From Bacteroidales bacterium (GTDB lineage: Bacteria; Bacteroidota; Bacteroidia; Bacteroidales; G3-4614), in assembly GCA_036656055.1 (NCBI GenBank), contig JAVVOY010000002.1, forward strand, positions 6,689 through 70,688: DNA of 64,000 bases. The letters are read 5' to 3'. The notes beneath the pieces are model-generated. The model was not told where the DNA came from. It saw only the letters and a program-made list of their open reading frames with translations, and ran no database searches. Of this stretch, positions 9,411-20,985 are shown in pieces; positions within the stretch are counted from its first letter, which is position 1; each line of letters starts with the position of its first letter. A program made the translations under genes and the position numbers.

Positions 9411-12224
9411 ATGACAGACGATAAAATATATATAAAGGGCGCACGTGTAAATAACCTCAAAAATATTGATGTAGAGATTCCGCGAGACAAACTTATTGTC
9501 ATAACCGGAGTATCAGGTTCGGGAAAGACTTCGCTCGCTTTTGACACCCTCTATGCAGAGGGACAGAGGCGTTATGTAGAGAGTCTTTCATCTTATGCCC
9601 GACAGTTTCTGGGACGCATGAGCAAGCCAGAGTGTGACTATATTAAAGGAATACCGCCGGCAATTGCAATAGAACAGAAAGTAAGTACTCGGAATGTCAG
9701 ATCAACGGTTGGTACATCCACAGAGATATATGATTATCTACGCCTTTTATTTGGTCGTATTGGACGTACATTTTCCCCTGTGTCCGGGAAAGAGGTAAAA
9801 AAGCATCAAGCTGAGGACCTCGTTAAGTGTATGTTGTCTTATCCTGAAGGTACACGATTTATTCTTATGACGAGGCTCAAGCCATTATCCGGAGATGAGG
9901 TTCGTGTATATCTTGATTCTCTAATCAAAGAGGGATATGTGCGAATTGAGATTAACGGTGAGATAATCCGTATTGAAGAGTTACTTGTTAAGGATACCAT
10001 ACCGGATATAAAAGGTGGATATCTTATTATAGACCGTATGACAGCTGGTTGTGGCAAAGATACCATAAGCCGTCTTACGGATTCAGGTGAGACAGCTTTT
10101 TTTGAGAGCAATGGAGAGTGTCTTTTGCGCTTTTATACTGAATCAGGTGAAGAGATGCATCGCTTTTCAAAACGTTTTGAAATTGACGGAATAACGTTTG
10201 AAGAGCCTAATGACCTTATGTTCAACTTTAACTCGCCGATTGGCGCATGTCCTACCTGCGAGGGTTACGGCAAGGTTGTGGGAATTGATGAGAACCTCGT
10301 TATTCCAAATAAAGCCCTTTCGGTATATGATGACGCAGTTGTATGCTGGCGTGGAGATAAAATGACCGAATGGAAGCATAATTTTATAGTACATGCGGCT
10401 GAATATGATTTTCCGGTGCATAAACCGTATTATGAACTCACTGAAGAACAGAAACAGCTCTTATGGCGCGGTAAAAATGACATATTGGGGATAGATGCGT
10501 TTTTCAGTATGGTTGAAGAGAATCAGTATAAGATACAATATCGTGTAATGTTGTCTCGCTATCGTGGTAAAACAGTCTGCCCACACTGTAAGGGCGGACG
10601 TCTAAAACCTGAAGCTCTATACGTAAAAGTTGGTGATAAAAACATAGCAGACCTGACAATAATGCCGATTAGTGAATTGCAAAAGTTTTTTGACACGTTG
10701 AAGCTCTCTGCGTCAGACGCACAAATTGCAAAAAGATTATTGTCCGAAATAAAAAGTCGCATGCAATTTCTTATGGATGTAGGGTTGGGCTATCTTGCAT
10801 TGGATCGCCTCTCCTCCACCCTTTCAGGCGGTGAGAGTCAGAGGATAAATTTGGCTACATCGCTCGGAAGCAGTCTTGTTGGCTCGTTATATATACTTGA
10901 TGAACCGAGTATAGGATTGCATTCGCGGGATACCGGAAGATTAATAACGGTTTTACGGCAGTTGCGGGATTTGGGTAATACGGTGATTGTTGTTGAACAT
11001 GATGAAGAGATCATCCGTTCTGCCGATTATATAATAGATATAGGTCCCGATGCAGGTCGCCTTGGTGGCGAGGTAGTATATCAAGGAGAGATATCCGGTT
11101 TACAGCAGAACACTTCGAGCTATACGGTAAAATACCTTACAGGAGAAGATGTGATACCTCTTCCGCTGCATCGCCGTAAATGGAATAACTATATAAGAAT
11201 AAAAGGTGCAGCGCAGAATAACCTTAAAGGGATAGACGTGGATTTTCCACTACATGTGCTTACTGTTGTGACGGGTGTAAGCGGCTCAGGTAAATCTTCT
11301 CTTGTTCGTGATATTTTTTACCGTTCAATGTGCCGTTACTATGATAAAGAGTCTGACCATCCGGGAGCAATGTTAGAGATATCCGGAGATATGGGGCTGA
11401 TGAAAGGGATTGAATTTGTAGATCAGAATCCGATAGGAAAATCATCGCGCTCAAATCCTGCAACATATCTTAAAGCATTCGATGAAATACGTCGTCTGTT
11501 TGCCGAACAGCAAGGGGCAAAGCAGATGGGGTATTCTGCTGGATACTTTTCATTTAATAGCGAGGGAGGACGGTGTGAAGAGTGTAAGGGTGACGGTACA
11601 ATAACCGTAGAGATGCAGTTTATGGCAGATATAACACTTGTATGTGAAAGCTGTCACGGAAAACGTTTTAAAAGCGAGGTTCTTGAGATAGAATACAACG
11701 GAAAGAATATAAACGACATTCTTGATATGACTATAAATCAGGCGGTGGAATTTTTTTCCAGTAAAGAAGGTACCTCTGAAAAACGCATTGTAAAACGACT
11801 TAAACCATTGCAGAATGTCGGGCTTGGTTACCTTAAAATGGGACAATCCTCTTCAACTCTTTCAGGGGGTGAGAGCCAGAGGGTTAAATTAGCTTCGTTT
11901 CTATCTAATGAGACCCTCTCTCCTACTATATTCGTATTTGACGAACCTACTACTGGACTGCACATGCATGATGTACATCGCTTATTACAGGTCTTCGATG
12001 CGCTTATCTCACGTGGCCATACGGTTATTGTGATAGAGCATAATATGGATGTAATAAAATATGCCGACCATATTATTGATCTTGGCCCTGACGGTGGGGA
12101 CAAAGGAGGATATCTTGTATGTGCAGGTACTCCAGAGGAAGTAGCACTATGTAAAGAGTCATATACCGGTAACTTCATTGCAGAAAAACTAAAAGGGACA
12201 GAACCCGAACCCATTTCACAGTAA
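9411..12224 (+). CDS. uvrA: excinuclease ABC subunit A
   Basis: 937 aa. Two ABC ATPase modules ([23 protein letters not shown] and [10 protein letters not shown]), two LSGGESQR signatures, and Zn-finger CxxC pairs. Confidence 0.97.
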   Translation: MTDDKIYIKGARVNNLKNIDVEIPRDKLIVITGVSGSGKTSLAFDTLYAEGQRRYVESLSSYARQFLGRMSKPECDYIKGIPPAIAIEQKVSTRNVRSTVGTSTEIYDYLRLLFGRIGRTFSPVSGKEVKKHQAEDLVKCMLSYPEGTRFILMTRLKPLSGDEVRVYLDSLIKEGYVRIEINGEIIRIEELLVKDTIPDIKGGYLIIDRMTAGCGKDTISRLTDSGETAFFESNGECLLRFYTESGEEMHRFSKRFEIDGITFEEPNDLMFNFNSPIGACPTCEGYGKVVGIDENLVIPNKALSVYDDAVVCWRGDKMTEWKHNFIVHAAEYDFPVHKPYYELTEEQKQLLWRGKNDILGIDAFFSMVEENQYKIQYRVMLSRYRGKTVCPHCKGGRLKPEALYVKVGDKNIADLTIMPISELQKFFDTLKLSASDAQIAKRLLSEIKSRMQFLMDVGLGYLALDRLSSTLSGGESQRINLATSLGSSLVGSLYILDEPSIGLHSRDTGRLITVLRQLRDLGNTVIVVEHDEEIIRSADYIIDIGPDAGRLGGEVVYQGEISGLQQNTSSYTVKYLTGEDVIPLPLHRRKWNNYIRIKGAAQNNLKGIDVDFPLHVLTVVTGVSGSGKSSLVRDIFYRSMCRYYDKESDHPGAMLEISGDMGLMKGIEFVDQNPIGKSSRSNPATYLKAFDEIRRLFAEQQGAKQMGYSAGYFSFNSEGGRCEECKGDGTITVEMQFMADITLVCESCHGKRFKSEVLEIEYNGKNINDILDMTINQAVEFFSSKEGTSEKRIVKRLKPLQNVGLGYLKMGQSSSTLSGGESQRVKLASFLSNETLSPTIFVFDEPTTGLHMHDVHRLLQVFDALISRGHTVIVIEHNMDVIKYADHIIDLGPDGGDKGGYLVCAGTPEEVALCKESYTGNFIAEKLKGTEPEPISQ

Positions 12225-12557
12225 ATACATATTATTACCGTTCTAACTTTCCTTAAAAATAATAATCTTTAAACCTCCTTATCCATAAAAATATGAGGTG
12301 AAGATTTCGTATTCCTGTATGTCTTTTTTCCTTGTCGGTAATTTTTGCAGTCAGACATCAAAAACAGATGAAATTTGTCATCTGTTTTGCGACTAAAATT
12401 AAACAAGTTCTTAATCCTTGTTAATGGATTAATATGACGTATTAAAAATATATAATCAATATACATAATTATAAGATTTGCCCGTTTTTTGTAATAAAAT
12501 TATGATAGAAACATATTTTATACTCATCATATTATTAACCTAAAAGATATAAGAGAT

Positions 12558-14048
12558 ATGGATATTTACAAAAAGAAAATTTTGAGTTTTATTGTTATTA
12601 CATTTGTAGGTTCAACGTTCTCTTTCAATGCCAATGCGTTTACGAAAGAGCACTCTACAAAAGAGAATGTGGCGGATGCCGATAGCAATTTTAACGTTAC
12701 CCCACCTTTTGACAGAGTTTTAAATTCAGCTCCACAGAGTATTGATTTTACTGAAGTGGCAGAAATGAGTGTAAATGCAGTAGTGAGTATTAAGTCTACG
12801 GTTACACCTAAGCAGGTTGGGCAGCAAAGATTATTACAGGATCCGTTTTTTGAATTTTTCTTTGGACGGGGAGCTAATACACCTGCCCCGCAACCACAGA
12901 TTGGAATGGGATCAGGTGTTATAATCAGCACTGACGGTTATATAATAACAAATAACCATGTTGTTGAGAGTGCCGATAAGATTGAAGTAACACTTAATGA
13001 CAAACGTTTATTCAATGCCAAAATTATAGGTAGTGATCCGGCAACAGATCTCGCTTTGCTTAAGGTAGATGCAACAGACCTCCCGATGCTTAAATTCGGA
13101 AATTCAGAAAAGTTGAGAGTAGGCGAATGGGTTCTTGCCGTTGGTAATCCCATGGGGCTTACATCTACTGTCACAGCAGGGATAGTAAGCGCTAAAGGAC
13201 GTACGATAGGAACTGGGAAATCTATGTCTATTGAGTCTTATATTCAGACCGATGCAGCTGTTAATCCCGGTAATAGCGGTGGAGCACTTGTTAATACTGA
13301 CGGTGAACTTGTAGGTATAAATACAATGATACTTTCACAGACCGGTAACTATATAGGTTACTCTTTTGCAGTACCATCAAATATCGCTATCAAAATTGTT
13401 GGCGATCTTAAAGCATATGGAGTTGTACAAAGGGCTCTACTCGGCATATCAATACAAGAGATGACCGCCGAACTGGCAAAAACAAACAGCATCGATTTTG
13501 TTCCGGGTGTATATGTTGCTGATATTGTAGATAGAGGCTCAGCAATGTCTGCCGGTATTAAAAAGGGAGACATAATTGTAGCAATAGATGGCGTCGGCAT
13601 AAAATCAGTCTCTAAGTTGCAGGAGGAGATAAGTTTACATCATCCTGGAGATAATGTAAAAGTTAGTATAATACGCAATGGCGACAAAAAAGATATTGAC
13701 GTATTACTGAAAAATCAACAAGGAGATACAGGCATAACAAAACCATCTGATTTTACATCTTTAGGAGTTGGATTTAAGGAACTTAGTACTAAGGATAAAA
13801 ATGCCTACGGAATATCGGCAGGAGTTGAAGTTGCAGGTGTGAACGCAGGTAAGTTTCAATTAGCTGGTATACGTAAGGGATTTATAATACTTAATATAAA
13901 CGGAGAGACTGTTGACTCAATATCCACAATAGAGCGAATTTACAACGATATTCTAACTTCAGACGCACGTGATAAAGTAATGTTCATGTCCGGAATATAT
14001 CCAAACGGTCGCAGTGCTTACTATGCAGTTGATATTAGTGCCGAATAA
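12558..14048 (+). CDS. htrA: Do/HtrA family periplasmic serine endopeptidase with two PDZ domains
   Basis: 496 aa. Signal peptide and trypsin-like catalytic motifs (TNNHVV, DLALLKV, GNSGGAL), followed by two PDZ-like regions. Confidence 0.9.
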   Translation: MDIYKKKILSFIVITFVGSTFSFNANAFTKEHSTKENVADADSNFNVTPPFDRVLNSAPQSIDFTEVAEMSVNAVVSIKSTVTPKQVGQQRLLQDPFFEFFFGRGANTPAPQPQIGMGSGVIISTDGYIITNNHVVESADKIEVTLNDKRLFNAKIIGSDPATDLALLKVDATDLPMLKFGNSEKLRVGEWVLAVGNPMGLTSTVTAGIVSAKGRTIGTGKSMSIESYIQTDAAVNPGNSGGALVNTDGELVGINTMILSQTGNYIGYSFAVPSNIAIKIVGDLKAYGVVQRALLGISIQEMTAELAKTNSIDFVPGVYVADIVDRGSAMSAGIKKGDIIVAIDGVGIKSVSKLQEEISLHHPGDNVKVSIIRNGDKKDIDVLLKNQQGDTGITKPSDFTSLGVGFKELSTKDKNAYGISAGVEVAGVNAGKFQLAGIRKGFIILNINGETVDSISTIERIYNDILTSDARDKVMFMSGIYPNGRSAYYAVDISAE

Positions 14049-14065
14049 TATTTATAAATAAATTA

Positions 14066-14101
14066 GCAAAAAGCAGATATAGATTTATATCTGCTTTTTG
14101 C
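14066..14101 (+). terminator. rho-independent terminator after htrA
   Basis: GCAAAAAGCAGATATA-GATT-TATATCTGCTTTTTGC, a perfect 16-bp inverted repeat with a built-in A/T tract, 18 nt after the htrA stop. Confidence 0.7.
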
Positions 14102-14432
14102 TAAAAAACACATATAATTGGTTTAGCTTTATTACTTATGTTTATGCACGGTTAATTTATTTGTGAAAATATTATAATGAGCAAAAGATTCCTTACAATT
14201 GGAATATATATCCGGAACAATCCCTAATAATGTATAAATAACCAATTGGTAAAGCAACAATATACGTACTGACTACGTTAGTTTGATAACCATTTTAAAT
14301 CTGTCGCAGAATATAAATTTAGTTAAAATAGCACTGCGATAACTAAAAAAAACAATCGTGCTGTTATTCGCTGATGTATTCCAGATATACTATTTTGTAA
14401 CAGATAAATTTTTATATCACATAAAAATGTAC

Positions 14433-14440
14433 TATATTTG
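14433..14440 (+). promoter_or_regulatory. Bacteroides-type -7 promoter box (TATATTTG) upstream of rpoD
   Basis: TAnnTTTG match 24 nt upstream of the rpoD ATG. Confidence 0.45.
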
Positions 14441-14463
14441 CGCTTCAAATTCAATCTATTAAG

Positions 14464-15324
14464 ATGAGACAATTAAAGATTACAAAATCTATAACAAACA
14501 GGGAAAGTGCTTCATTGGATAAATATCTGCAAGAGATTGGACGTGAAGAGTTGATAACTGTTGAAGAGGAGGTAGAGCTGGCAGGACGAATACGCAAAGG
14601 AGATCGTGTAGCATTAGATAAACTTACACGTGCAAATTTGAGATTTGTTGTTTCTGTTGCAAAACAATACCAAAATCAAGGACTTTCACTTCCGGATCTT
14701 ATAAACGAAGGTAACTTGGGCCTGATAAAAGCTGCTGAAAAGTTTGATGAAACACGTGGATTCAAATTCATCTCTTATGCCGTATGGTGGATAAGACAAT
14801 CAATATTGCAGGCTTTAGCAGAACAGTCACGTATAGTACGTCTTCCATTGAATCAGGTAGGTTCACTTAACAAGATAAGCAAGGCATTTTCTCGTTTTGA
14901 ACAAGAAAATGAGCGTCGTCCGTCTGTGGAAGAACTTGCTGAAGAGCTTGATATCCCGGTAGATAAGATAACTGATACTATGAAAGTCTCAGGTCGTCAT
15001 ATATCGGTTGATGCCCCATTTGTAGAAGGAGAAGATAACAGCCTCTTAGACGTTCTTATAAACGATGATTCTCCAAATGCAGATCGTCCATTAATGAATG
15101 AGTCCTTGTCTAAGGAGATAGACCGCGCCTTATCCACCCTTACCCAGAGGGAGAGCGAGATTGTAAAGATGTTCTTCGGGATAGGTTGTCAGGAGATGAC
15201 ACTCGAAGAGATAGGCGATAAATTCGGGCTGACACGTGAACGCGTCCGTCAGATAAAAGAGAAAGCCATACGCCGATTAAGACAAAATTCAAGAAGCAAG
15301 CAGTTGAAAACCTATTTAGGGTAA
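14464..15324 (+). CDS. rpoD: RNA polymerase primary sigma factor (sigma-70 family, short Bacteroidetes type)
   Basis: 286 aa. [15 protein letters not shown] start, region 2 ([46 protein letters not shown]) and region 4 ([21 protein letters not shown]). Confidence 0.95.
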   Translation: MRQLKITKSITNRESASLDKYLQEIGREELITVEEEVELAGRIRKGDRVALDKLTRANLRFVVSVAKQYQNQGLSLPDLINEGNLGLIKAAEKFDETRGFKFISYAVWWIRQSILQALAEQSRIVRLPLNQVGSLNKISKAFSRFEQENERRPSVEELAEELDIPVDKITDTMKVSGRHISVDAPFVEGEDNSLLDVLINDDSPNADRPLMNESLSKEIDRALSTLTQRESEIVKMFFGIGCQEMTLEEIGDKFGLTRERVRQIKEKAIRRLRQNSRSKQLKTYLG

Positions 15325-15483
15325 ATATTATAATAATACTATGTGGTACCTTTATTTTGTAATGAGGTACCTTATTCGTTATTATAACTATCTTTATTAC
15401 TCTGTATAGTTGATACCATATATAAAATATAGAATAACCTTAAAAAGGCTAATAACCAAGTTAATCACTAAATATTAAGCGAG

Positions 15484-17007
15484 ATGAGTGCGAAATTGCA
15501 TTTTTTTAACAAAGTGGCAGTTCTGCTGTACATGTTAATGTTTACAGCAACAGTATGGGGACAAAGTGTAACAAAGGACGAGCTCATTTATAACTCCGAA
15601 GAAGGTAATACTTACGCATCTGTAGGAAGAGAGACCCGGGGTATTACTTCTGCAAACATTCTGCCAAGTATTACAATAAATGGAAAAATTCTGCCTGTTA
15701 AAGTGATCAAAGATAGGGCTTTTTCCAATTGCACCCATTTAACATCTGTAACAATACCCAACTCGGTTACAACTATCAAAAATGATGCTTTTAGCGATTG
15801 CGATGAACTAACTACATTAACAATTCCAAATTCAGTTACAACTATTTGTAATAGGGCTTTTTACAATTGCATAAAATTAACATCTTTAATAATACCCAAC
15901 TCGGTTACAACTATCGAAGATAAGGCATTTGCATATTGCCGTGGATTACTATCTGTAACAATACCCACCTCTATTACAACTATCGGCAATAGGGTTTTTT
16001 CTAGTTGTGAAGGTTTAACTACATTAATAATTCCCAATTCAGTTACAACTATTGGTGATTATGCTTTTTTCGATTGTAGTGGCTTAACATCTGTAACAAT
16101 ACCCAACTCGGTTACAACTATTTGTGATAGGGCTTTTTCCGATTGCGTCCGTTTAACATCTGTAACAATACCCAACTCGGTTACAACTATCCAAACAATG
16201 GCTTTTGACAAATGCAGAGGCATAACATCTTTTACTGTAATGCCTGAGAATCCAAACTATTGTGATATATCAGGAGTATTGTTTAATAAAGCTGCAACAA
16301 TACTAATAGCTTATCCAATAGGTAGATTATCCACATCATATACTATACCTAACTCTGTTATAACTATAGGATATAATGCCTTTTCAGGTTGTCCCAAATT
16401 AACTTCCGTAATAATTCCTAACACAGTAACGACTATCGAAGATAATGCCTTTGCAAGTTGTGAAGGTTTAACTACATTCGCAATCCCAAACTTGGTTACG
16501 ACCATCAAAGATTATACTTTTTTCAATTGTAAGGGTATAACTTCAATAACAATTCCCAACACAATAAAAAAAGTCGGAGGATTGGCATTTTATGGTTGCA
16601 GTGGCTTAACATCTATCAATTCATTCGCAACAACTCCACCAGTTGCTGGGAGAGATGCATTTAGACTAATTACTACCAGTATACCTGTTTATGTTCCTAA
16701 AGGGAGTCTGACATCCTATAAAAGTGCTGCAGAGTGGAGTAAGTTCAGTAATATAATAGAGACTGATTTTGTAGGTATTGAGGAGAGTATTGCAGATACC
16801 GGCAATTTAATATCTTTTACAGGTAGTAAAATAACAATCAGTGCAACTGTAAACGGTAAGTTAGTGGAGATATATAATGCCTCAGGACATTTGGTCAGAA
16901 GCACTTCCACCACAGACGAAACCACAATCATTGATATTTCAGATCTTCCCGAAGGAATATATATTGTAAAAGCCGGGGAAAGAACACAAAAGTTAATAAA
17001 GAGGTAA
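15484..17007 (+). CDS. BspA-type leucine-rich repeat surface protein with T9SS C-terminal sorting domain
   Basis: 507 aa. Signal peptide, about 13 tandem 23-aa units (LTSVTIPNSVTTI.D.AF..C), and a C-terminal approx 80 aa (LVEIYNASGHLV...LPEGIYIVKAGERTQKLIKR) typical of a type A Por/T9SS sorting domain. Confidence 0.85.
   Translation: MSAKLHFFNKVAVLLYMLMFTATVWGQSVTKDELIYNSEEGNTYASVGRETRGITSANILPSITINGKILPVKVIKDRAFSNCTHLTSVTIPNSVTTIKNDAFSDCDELTTLTIPNSVTTICNRAFYNCIKLTSLIIPNSVTTIEDKAFAYCRGLLSVTIPTSITTIGNRVFSSCEGLTTLIIPNSVTTIGDYAFFDCSGLTSVTIPNSVTTICDRAFSDCVRLTSVTIPNSVTTIQTMAFDKCRGITSFTVMPENPNYCDISGVLFNKAATILIAYPIGRLSTSYTIPNSVITIGYNAFSGCPKLTSVIIPNTVTTIEDNAFASCEGLTTFAIPNLVTTIKDYTFFNCKGITSITIPNTIKKVGGLAFYGCSGLTSINSFATTPPVAGRDAFRLITTSIPVYVPKGSLTSYKSAAEWSKFSNIIETDFVGIEESIADTGNLISFTGSKITISATVNGKLVEIYNASGHLVRSTSTTDETTIIDISDLPEGIYIVKAGERTQKLIKR
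15700..16620 (+). repeat. intragenic tandem 69-nt (23-codon) LRR repeats, some copies nucleotide-identical
   Basis: The 38-mer TTAACATCTGTAACAATACCCAACTCGGTTACAACTAT occurs perfectly three times (15739-15776, 16084-16121, 16153-16190). A near copy lies around 15886. Confidence 0.85.
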
Positions 17008-17192
17008 CAACTGTTTTTATACAAAAAAATAAAAAATCATAGAAAAGGCAACTTAATAAATCAAAGACGGATGGTGATAATTAAAGCTTAATTATGGCTT
17101 AAGAATCCAAACTAAAAGAGGCGCTATTTATAGGATTATTAATCAAACGTATTTTTTTTGTGATTTTATTTTGTTAATCGAAACAATATATC

Positions 17193-17200
17193 TAAATTTG
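17193..17200 (+). promoter_or_regulatory. Bacteroides-type promoter (-7 box TAAATTTG, possible -33 TTTG at 17170-17173) for the leu operon
   Basis: TAnnTTTG match with a TTTG 19 nt upstream. It is 65 nt before the candidate leader ORF and 247 nt before leuA. Confidence 0.45.
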
Positions 17201-17264
17201 TGCTGCATTTGAAAACAGAATATGCAAATAGAATTGCATCTGATTATTTTAAAATTCATAAGGG

Positions 17265-17330
17265 ATGAATATTATAATTACAATATCACTACGACTTATT
17301 TCACTATTGCTAACAGCTAATGGAGAGTGA
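17265..17330 (+). CDS. candidate leu operon leader peptide (21 codons, MNIIITISLRLISLLLTANGE)
   Basis: Hand-translated; too short for the ORF track. 5 Leu (including an LLL run encoded CTA-TTG-CTA) and 5 Ile in 21 residues. It lies between the promoter box and a terminator hairpin, upstream of leuA. Confidence 0.45.
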   Translation: MNIIITISLRLISLLLTANGE

Positions 17331-17359
17331 GTTATTGCCGTATTTTTTGTAAAAGAGCA

Positions 17360-17397
17360 AACCTTTCTCACTCCAATGTGCGAAAGGTTTTTTTTTT
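17360..17397 (+). terminator. intrinsic terminator / attenuator in the leuA 5' leader
   Basis: AACCTTTC(T)CAC-TCCAAT-GTG(C)GAAAGGTT followed by a T10 run. It ends 50 nt upstream of the leuA ATG, so it lies inside the 5' UTR and not after a gene. Confidence 0.6.
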
Positions 17398-17446
17398 GAA
17401 TAAATATTATTATAGAACAAAGAAATAACAATTAAATATTAAAATT

Positions 17447-18940
17447 ATGTCAGACAGATTATTTATTTTCGACACAACATTAAGAGATGGAGAGCAAGTC
17501 CCCGGATGTCAATTAAATACCGTGGAAAAGATACAGGTGGCAAAAACTCTCGAAGAGTTGGGCGTTGATGTAATTGAAGCAGGTTTCCCAATATCCAGCC
17601 CAGGTGATTTTAAATCGGTAGTTGAGATATCTAAGGCTGTTACGTGGCCTACTATTTGCGCTCTTACACGTGCAGTTGAAAAAGATATAGATGCAGCAGC
17701 CGAGGCACTCAAATACGCTAAACACAAAAGGATACACACCGGAATAGGTACATCTGATTATCACATAAAATATAAATTTAACTCCAATCGCGAAGAGATT
17801 ATAGAGCGCGCTATTGCATGTGTAAAATATGCAAAAAAATTCGTAGAAGATGTTCAATTTTATGCAGAAGATGCCGGTCGTACAGATAATGAATATCTTG
17901 CACGTGTGATTGAGGCCGTTGTTAAAGCAGGTGCTACTGTCGTCAATATACCTGATACGACAGGCTATTGTTTGCCGGGTGATTATGGCAAGAAGATACT
18001 CTACCTTAAGGAAAATGTAAAAGGAATTGATAATGTTACGATAGCAACACATTGCCATAACGATCTGGGCATGGCTACGGCAAATTCAGTTTCAGGTATC
18101 CTTAACGGAGCACGACAGGCCGAGGTTACGATAAATGGGATTGGTGAAAGAGCGGGAAACACATCTCTCGAAGAGGTTACGATGATATTTAAAAGCCATA
18201 AAGTAGGTATAGATACCAATATAAATACCCAAAAAATATATTCCACCAGCCGTATGGTATCCAGTATGATGAATATGCCTGTACAACCAAATAAGGCAAT
18301 TGTGGGACGAAATGCTTTTGCACACTCTTCAGGCATACACCAAGACGGTGTTCTCAAAAACCGTGAGAGTTACGAGATAATCGACCCTAAGGATGTAGGT
18401 ATTGACGAAACATCAATAGTACTGACAGCCCGCAGCGGACGTGCAGCATTGAAGCATCGCCTGCACGTACTGGGCGTAGAATTAGACCAAGCTGGATTAG
18501 ACCGAGCATATAACGATTTCCTTTCACTCGCAGACCGTAAAAAAGATATTAACGATGACGATGTCTTAATGTTAGTCGGCAAAAGTCGTGGAGAAAAAGG
18601 TCGTATATCAATAGAATATCTTCAGGTTACCTCTGGTATAGGAGTACGCTCTGTGGCAAGTATCTGTATAAACATAGCCGGTGAAAAATTTGAAGCTTCG
18701 GCATCAGGTAATGGACCTGTGGACGCAGCAATAAAGGCAATAAAGCAGATAATACATCGCAATATGACGTTAGAGGACTTCCTTATACAAGCTATAACAA
18801 AAGGTAGTGATGACACTGGTAAGGTTCACATGACGGTTTCGTATAACGGTGAAAGCTATTATGGATTCGGGGCAAATACCGACATCGTAGCAGCATCGGC
18901 AGATGCTTTTATTGACGCTATAAATAAATTTGTTATTTAG
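17447..18940 (+). CDS. leuA: 2-isopropylmalate synthase
   Basis: 497 aa. [11 protein letters not shown] start, [21 protein letters not shown], and a C-terminal LeuA allosteric (dimerisation) domain. Confidence 0.93.
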   Translation: MSDRLFIFDTTLRDGEQVPGCQLNTVEKIQVAKTLEELGVDVIEAGFPISSPGDFKSVVEISKAVTWPTICALTRAVEKDIDAAAEALKYAKHKRIHTGIGTSDYHIKYKFNSNREEIIERAIACVKYAKKFVEDVQFYAEDAGRTDNEYLARVIEAVVKAGATVVNIPDTTGYCLPGDYGKKILYLKENVKGIDNVTIATHCHNDLGMATANSVSGILNGARQAEVTINGIGERAGNTSLEEVTMIFKSHKVGIDTNINTQKIYSTSRMVSSMMNMPVQPNKAIVGRNAFAHSSGIHQDGVLKNRESYEIIDPKDVGIDETSIVLTARSGRAALKHRLHVLGVELDQAGLDRAYNDFLSLADRKKDINDDDVLMLVGKSRGEKGRISIEYLQVTSGIGVRSVASICINIAGEKFEASASGNGPVDAAIKAIKQIIHRNMTLEDFLIQAITKGSDDTGKVHMTVSYNGESYYGFGANTDIVAASADAFIDAINKFVI

Positions 18941-18978
18941 CATACTAATAAAACTTATTACAAGTAATATATATTAAG

Positions 18979-20382
18979 ATGAAAAAGAAGACATTATTTG
19001 ATAAGATATGGGATGCCCATATTGTCTCTGTTGTTGAAGGTGGTCCTACCCAACTCTATATTGACAGACATTATGTGCATGAGGTTACAAGCCCGCAGGC
19101 TTTCGGTGGTTTACGTGAAAGAGGATTAAAGGTTTTCCGTCCCGAGAGGACTACCTGTTCGCCTGATCATAATATTCCGACCTTGAATCAGGATAAACCC
19201 ATAACCGATCCCATATCACGCAATCAGGTGGATACACTTATGAATAATGCAGAAGAGTTTGGTATTACTGTTTATGGATTGCTTAATCCTAAAAACGGTA
19301 TTATCCATGTCATTGGACCTGAGAACGGATATACCCAACCAGGCATGACGATAGTATGCGGTGATAGCCATACATCCACGCATGGTGCTATGGGAGCTGT
19401 GGCATTCGGTATCGGGACAAGCGAAGTAGAGATGGTCCTTTCATCGCAGTGCGTACTACAACCTAAACCCAAAAAGATGCGTATCAGCATTGAAGGAGAG
19501 ATTGGCAAAGGAGTTACGGCAAAGGATATAGCTCTCTATATAATAGCAAAGATGACAACTGGAGGTGCCACGGGTTATTTTGTGGAATTTGCCGGAAAAG
19601 CCATTCGTTCGCTAACAATGGAGGGGCGAATGACAGTATGTAATATGAGTATCGAAATGGGCGCAAGAGGAGGAATGATAGCTCCTGATGAAAAGACTTT
19701 TGCGTATCTTAAGGGACGCGAATATGCGCCAAAGGGTGAGGCATGGGAAAAGGCTGTTGCCGAGTGGCGTAAATTGCCAACTGATGAAGGTGCCGTATTT
19801 GATAAAGAGATAATATTCGATGCAGCCAATATAATGCCATGCATAACATACGGTACTAATCCGGGCATGGGGATGGGTATAGCAGATAGAATACCTACGT
19901 TAGATGAGATAGATGAAGCAGGAAAAATATCGTTTGAAAAATCGCTTGCATACATGGGGTTCAAACCCGGAGAAGAGCTTTTAGGAAAAGCGGTTGATTA
20001 TGTCTTCTTAGGTAGTTGTACCAATGGTCGCATTGAGGATTTCAGAGCATTTGCAGACTTCGTAAAAGGACATAAAAAAGCGCATGAAATTACAGCATGG
20101 CTCGTACCCGGTTCATGGAATGTTGAAAAAGAGATAAGAGCCGAAGGTTTGGACAAAATACTTGAAGAGGCCGGCTTTTCATTGAGACAGCCCGGTTGTT
20201 CTGCCTGTCTTGCAATGAATGAAGATAAAATACCGGCTGGGAAATATGCCGTATCAACATCTAATCGTAATTTTGAAGGACGTCAGGGACCAGGTTCCCG
20301 TACGCTACTCGCAAGCCCGTTAGTAGCTGCTGCTGCTGCAATAACCGGAAAAATTACTGACCCACGTGACTTTTTGAAATAA
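18979..20382 (+). CDS. leuC: 3-isopropylmalate dehydratase large subunit
   Basis: 467 aa. Aconitase-family motifs ([40 protein letters not shown]). Confidence 0.95.
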   Translation: MKKKTLFDKIWDAHIVSVVEGGPTQLYIDRHYVHEVTSPQAFGGLRERGLKVFRPERTTCSPDHNIPTLNQDKPITDPISRNQVDTLMNNAEEFGITVYGLLNPKNGIIHVIGPENGYTQPGMTIVCGDSHTSTHGAMGAVAFGIGTSEVEMVLSSQCVLQPKPKKMRISIEGEIGKGVTAKDIALYIIAKMTTGGATGYFVEFAGKAIRSLTMEGRMTVCNMSIEMGARGGMIAPDEKTFAYLKGREYAPKGEAWEKAVAEWRKLPTDEGAVFDKEIIFDAANIMPCITYGTNPGMGMGIADRIPTLDEIDEAGKISFEKSLAYMGFKPGEELLGKAVDYVFLGSCTNGRIEDFRAFADFVKGHKKAHEITAWLVPGSWNVEKEIRAEGLDKILEEAGFSLRQPGCSACLAMNEDKIPAGKYAVSTSNRNFEGRQGPGSRTLLASPLVAAAAAITGKITDPRDFLK

Positions 20383-20395
20383 AAAATCAGATATT

Positions 20396-20983
20396 ATGAG
20401 AGAAAAATTTGAAAAATTGACATCAACCTGTGTTCCGCTTCCAATAGAGAATGTAGATACAGACCAGATAATTCCTGCAAGATTCCTCAAAGCTACTACA
20501 CGTGAAGGTTTTGGAGACAATTTATTCCGCGATTGGCGTTATGATAAATATGGAAACAAAACAGAGAGTTTTGTGCTGAATAATCCTACATACTCAGGTT
20601 CCGTACTGGTAGCCGGTAAAAATTTCGGTAGTGGCTCAAGTCGTGAACATGCCGCATGGGCAATTGCCGGATATGGTTTCCGCGTAGTAGTATCCAGCTT
20701 CTTTGCCGATATATTTAAGAATAATGCACTTAACAACTGCGTGTTACCTGTTGTTGTATCAGAGAATTTTTTGAGCGGTTTGTTCAAATCAATAACAGAT
20801 GATTCTAAAAACACTGTAACAATTGATCTCCATGCACAAACAATAATAAATAATGTAACTGGATTGAGCGAAAAATTTGATATAAATCCGTATAAAAAAA
20901 ATTGCTTACTCAATGGATATGATGATATAGACTACCTCCTAAGTCGCAAAGCAGATATAGAGACTTGGGAAAATAATAGATAA
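20396..20983 (+). CDS. leuD: 3-isopropylmalate dehydratase small subunit
   Basis: 195 aa. Swivel-domain motifs ([26 protein letters not shown]). Confidence 0.93.
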   Translation: MREKFEKLTSTCVPLPIENVDTDQIIPARFLKATTREGFGDNLFRDWRYDKYGNKTESFVLNNPTYSGSVLVAGKNFGSGSSREHAAWAIAGYGFRVVVSSFFADIFKNNALNNCVLPVVVSENFLSGLFKSITDDSKNTVTIDLHAQTIINNVTGLSEKFDINPYKKNCLLNGYDDIDYLLSRKADIETWENNR

Positions 20984-20985
20984 CT

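Noticed and set aside
9839-12214. Several 60-130-aa minus-strand ORFs inside uvrA (for example 11828..12214). Equivalent ORFs lie inside htrA, rseP, DPP III, rarA, thiC, malQ, nrdJ, dnaA, mlaD and the amidase gene.
   Set aside because: All are fully nested antisense or out of frame within confidently identified genes, and none has a recognisable motif.
17249-18357. Minus-strand ORFs across the leu leader and leuA (17249..17431, 17509..17739, 17513..18058, 18001..18357). Similar antisense ORFs occur inside leuC, leuD, the cimA-like gene (20910..21371) and leuB (23139..23651).
   Set aside because: They are antisense shadows of strongly supported genes. The 17249..17431 ORF would span a promoter box, the leader ORF and a terminator.
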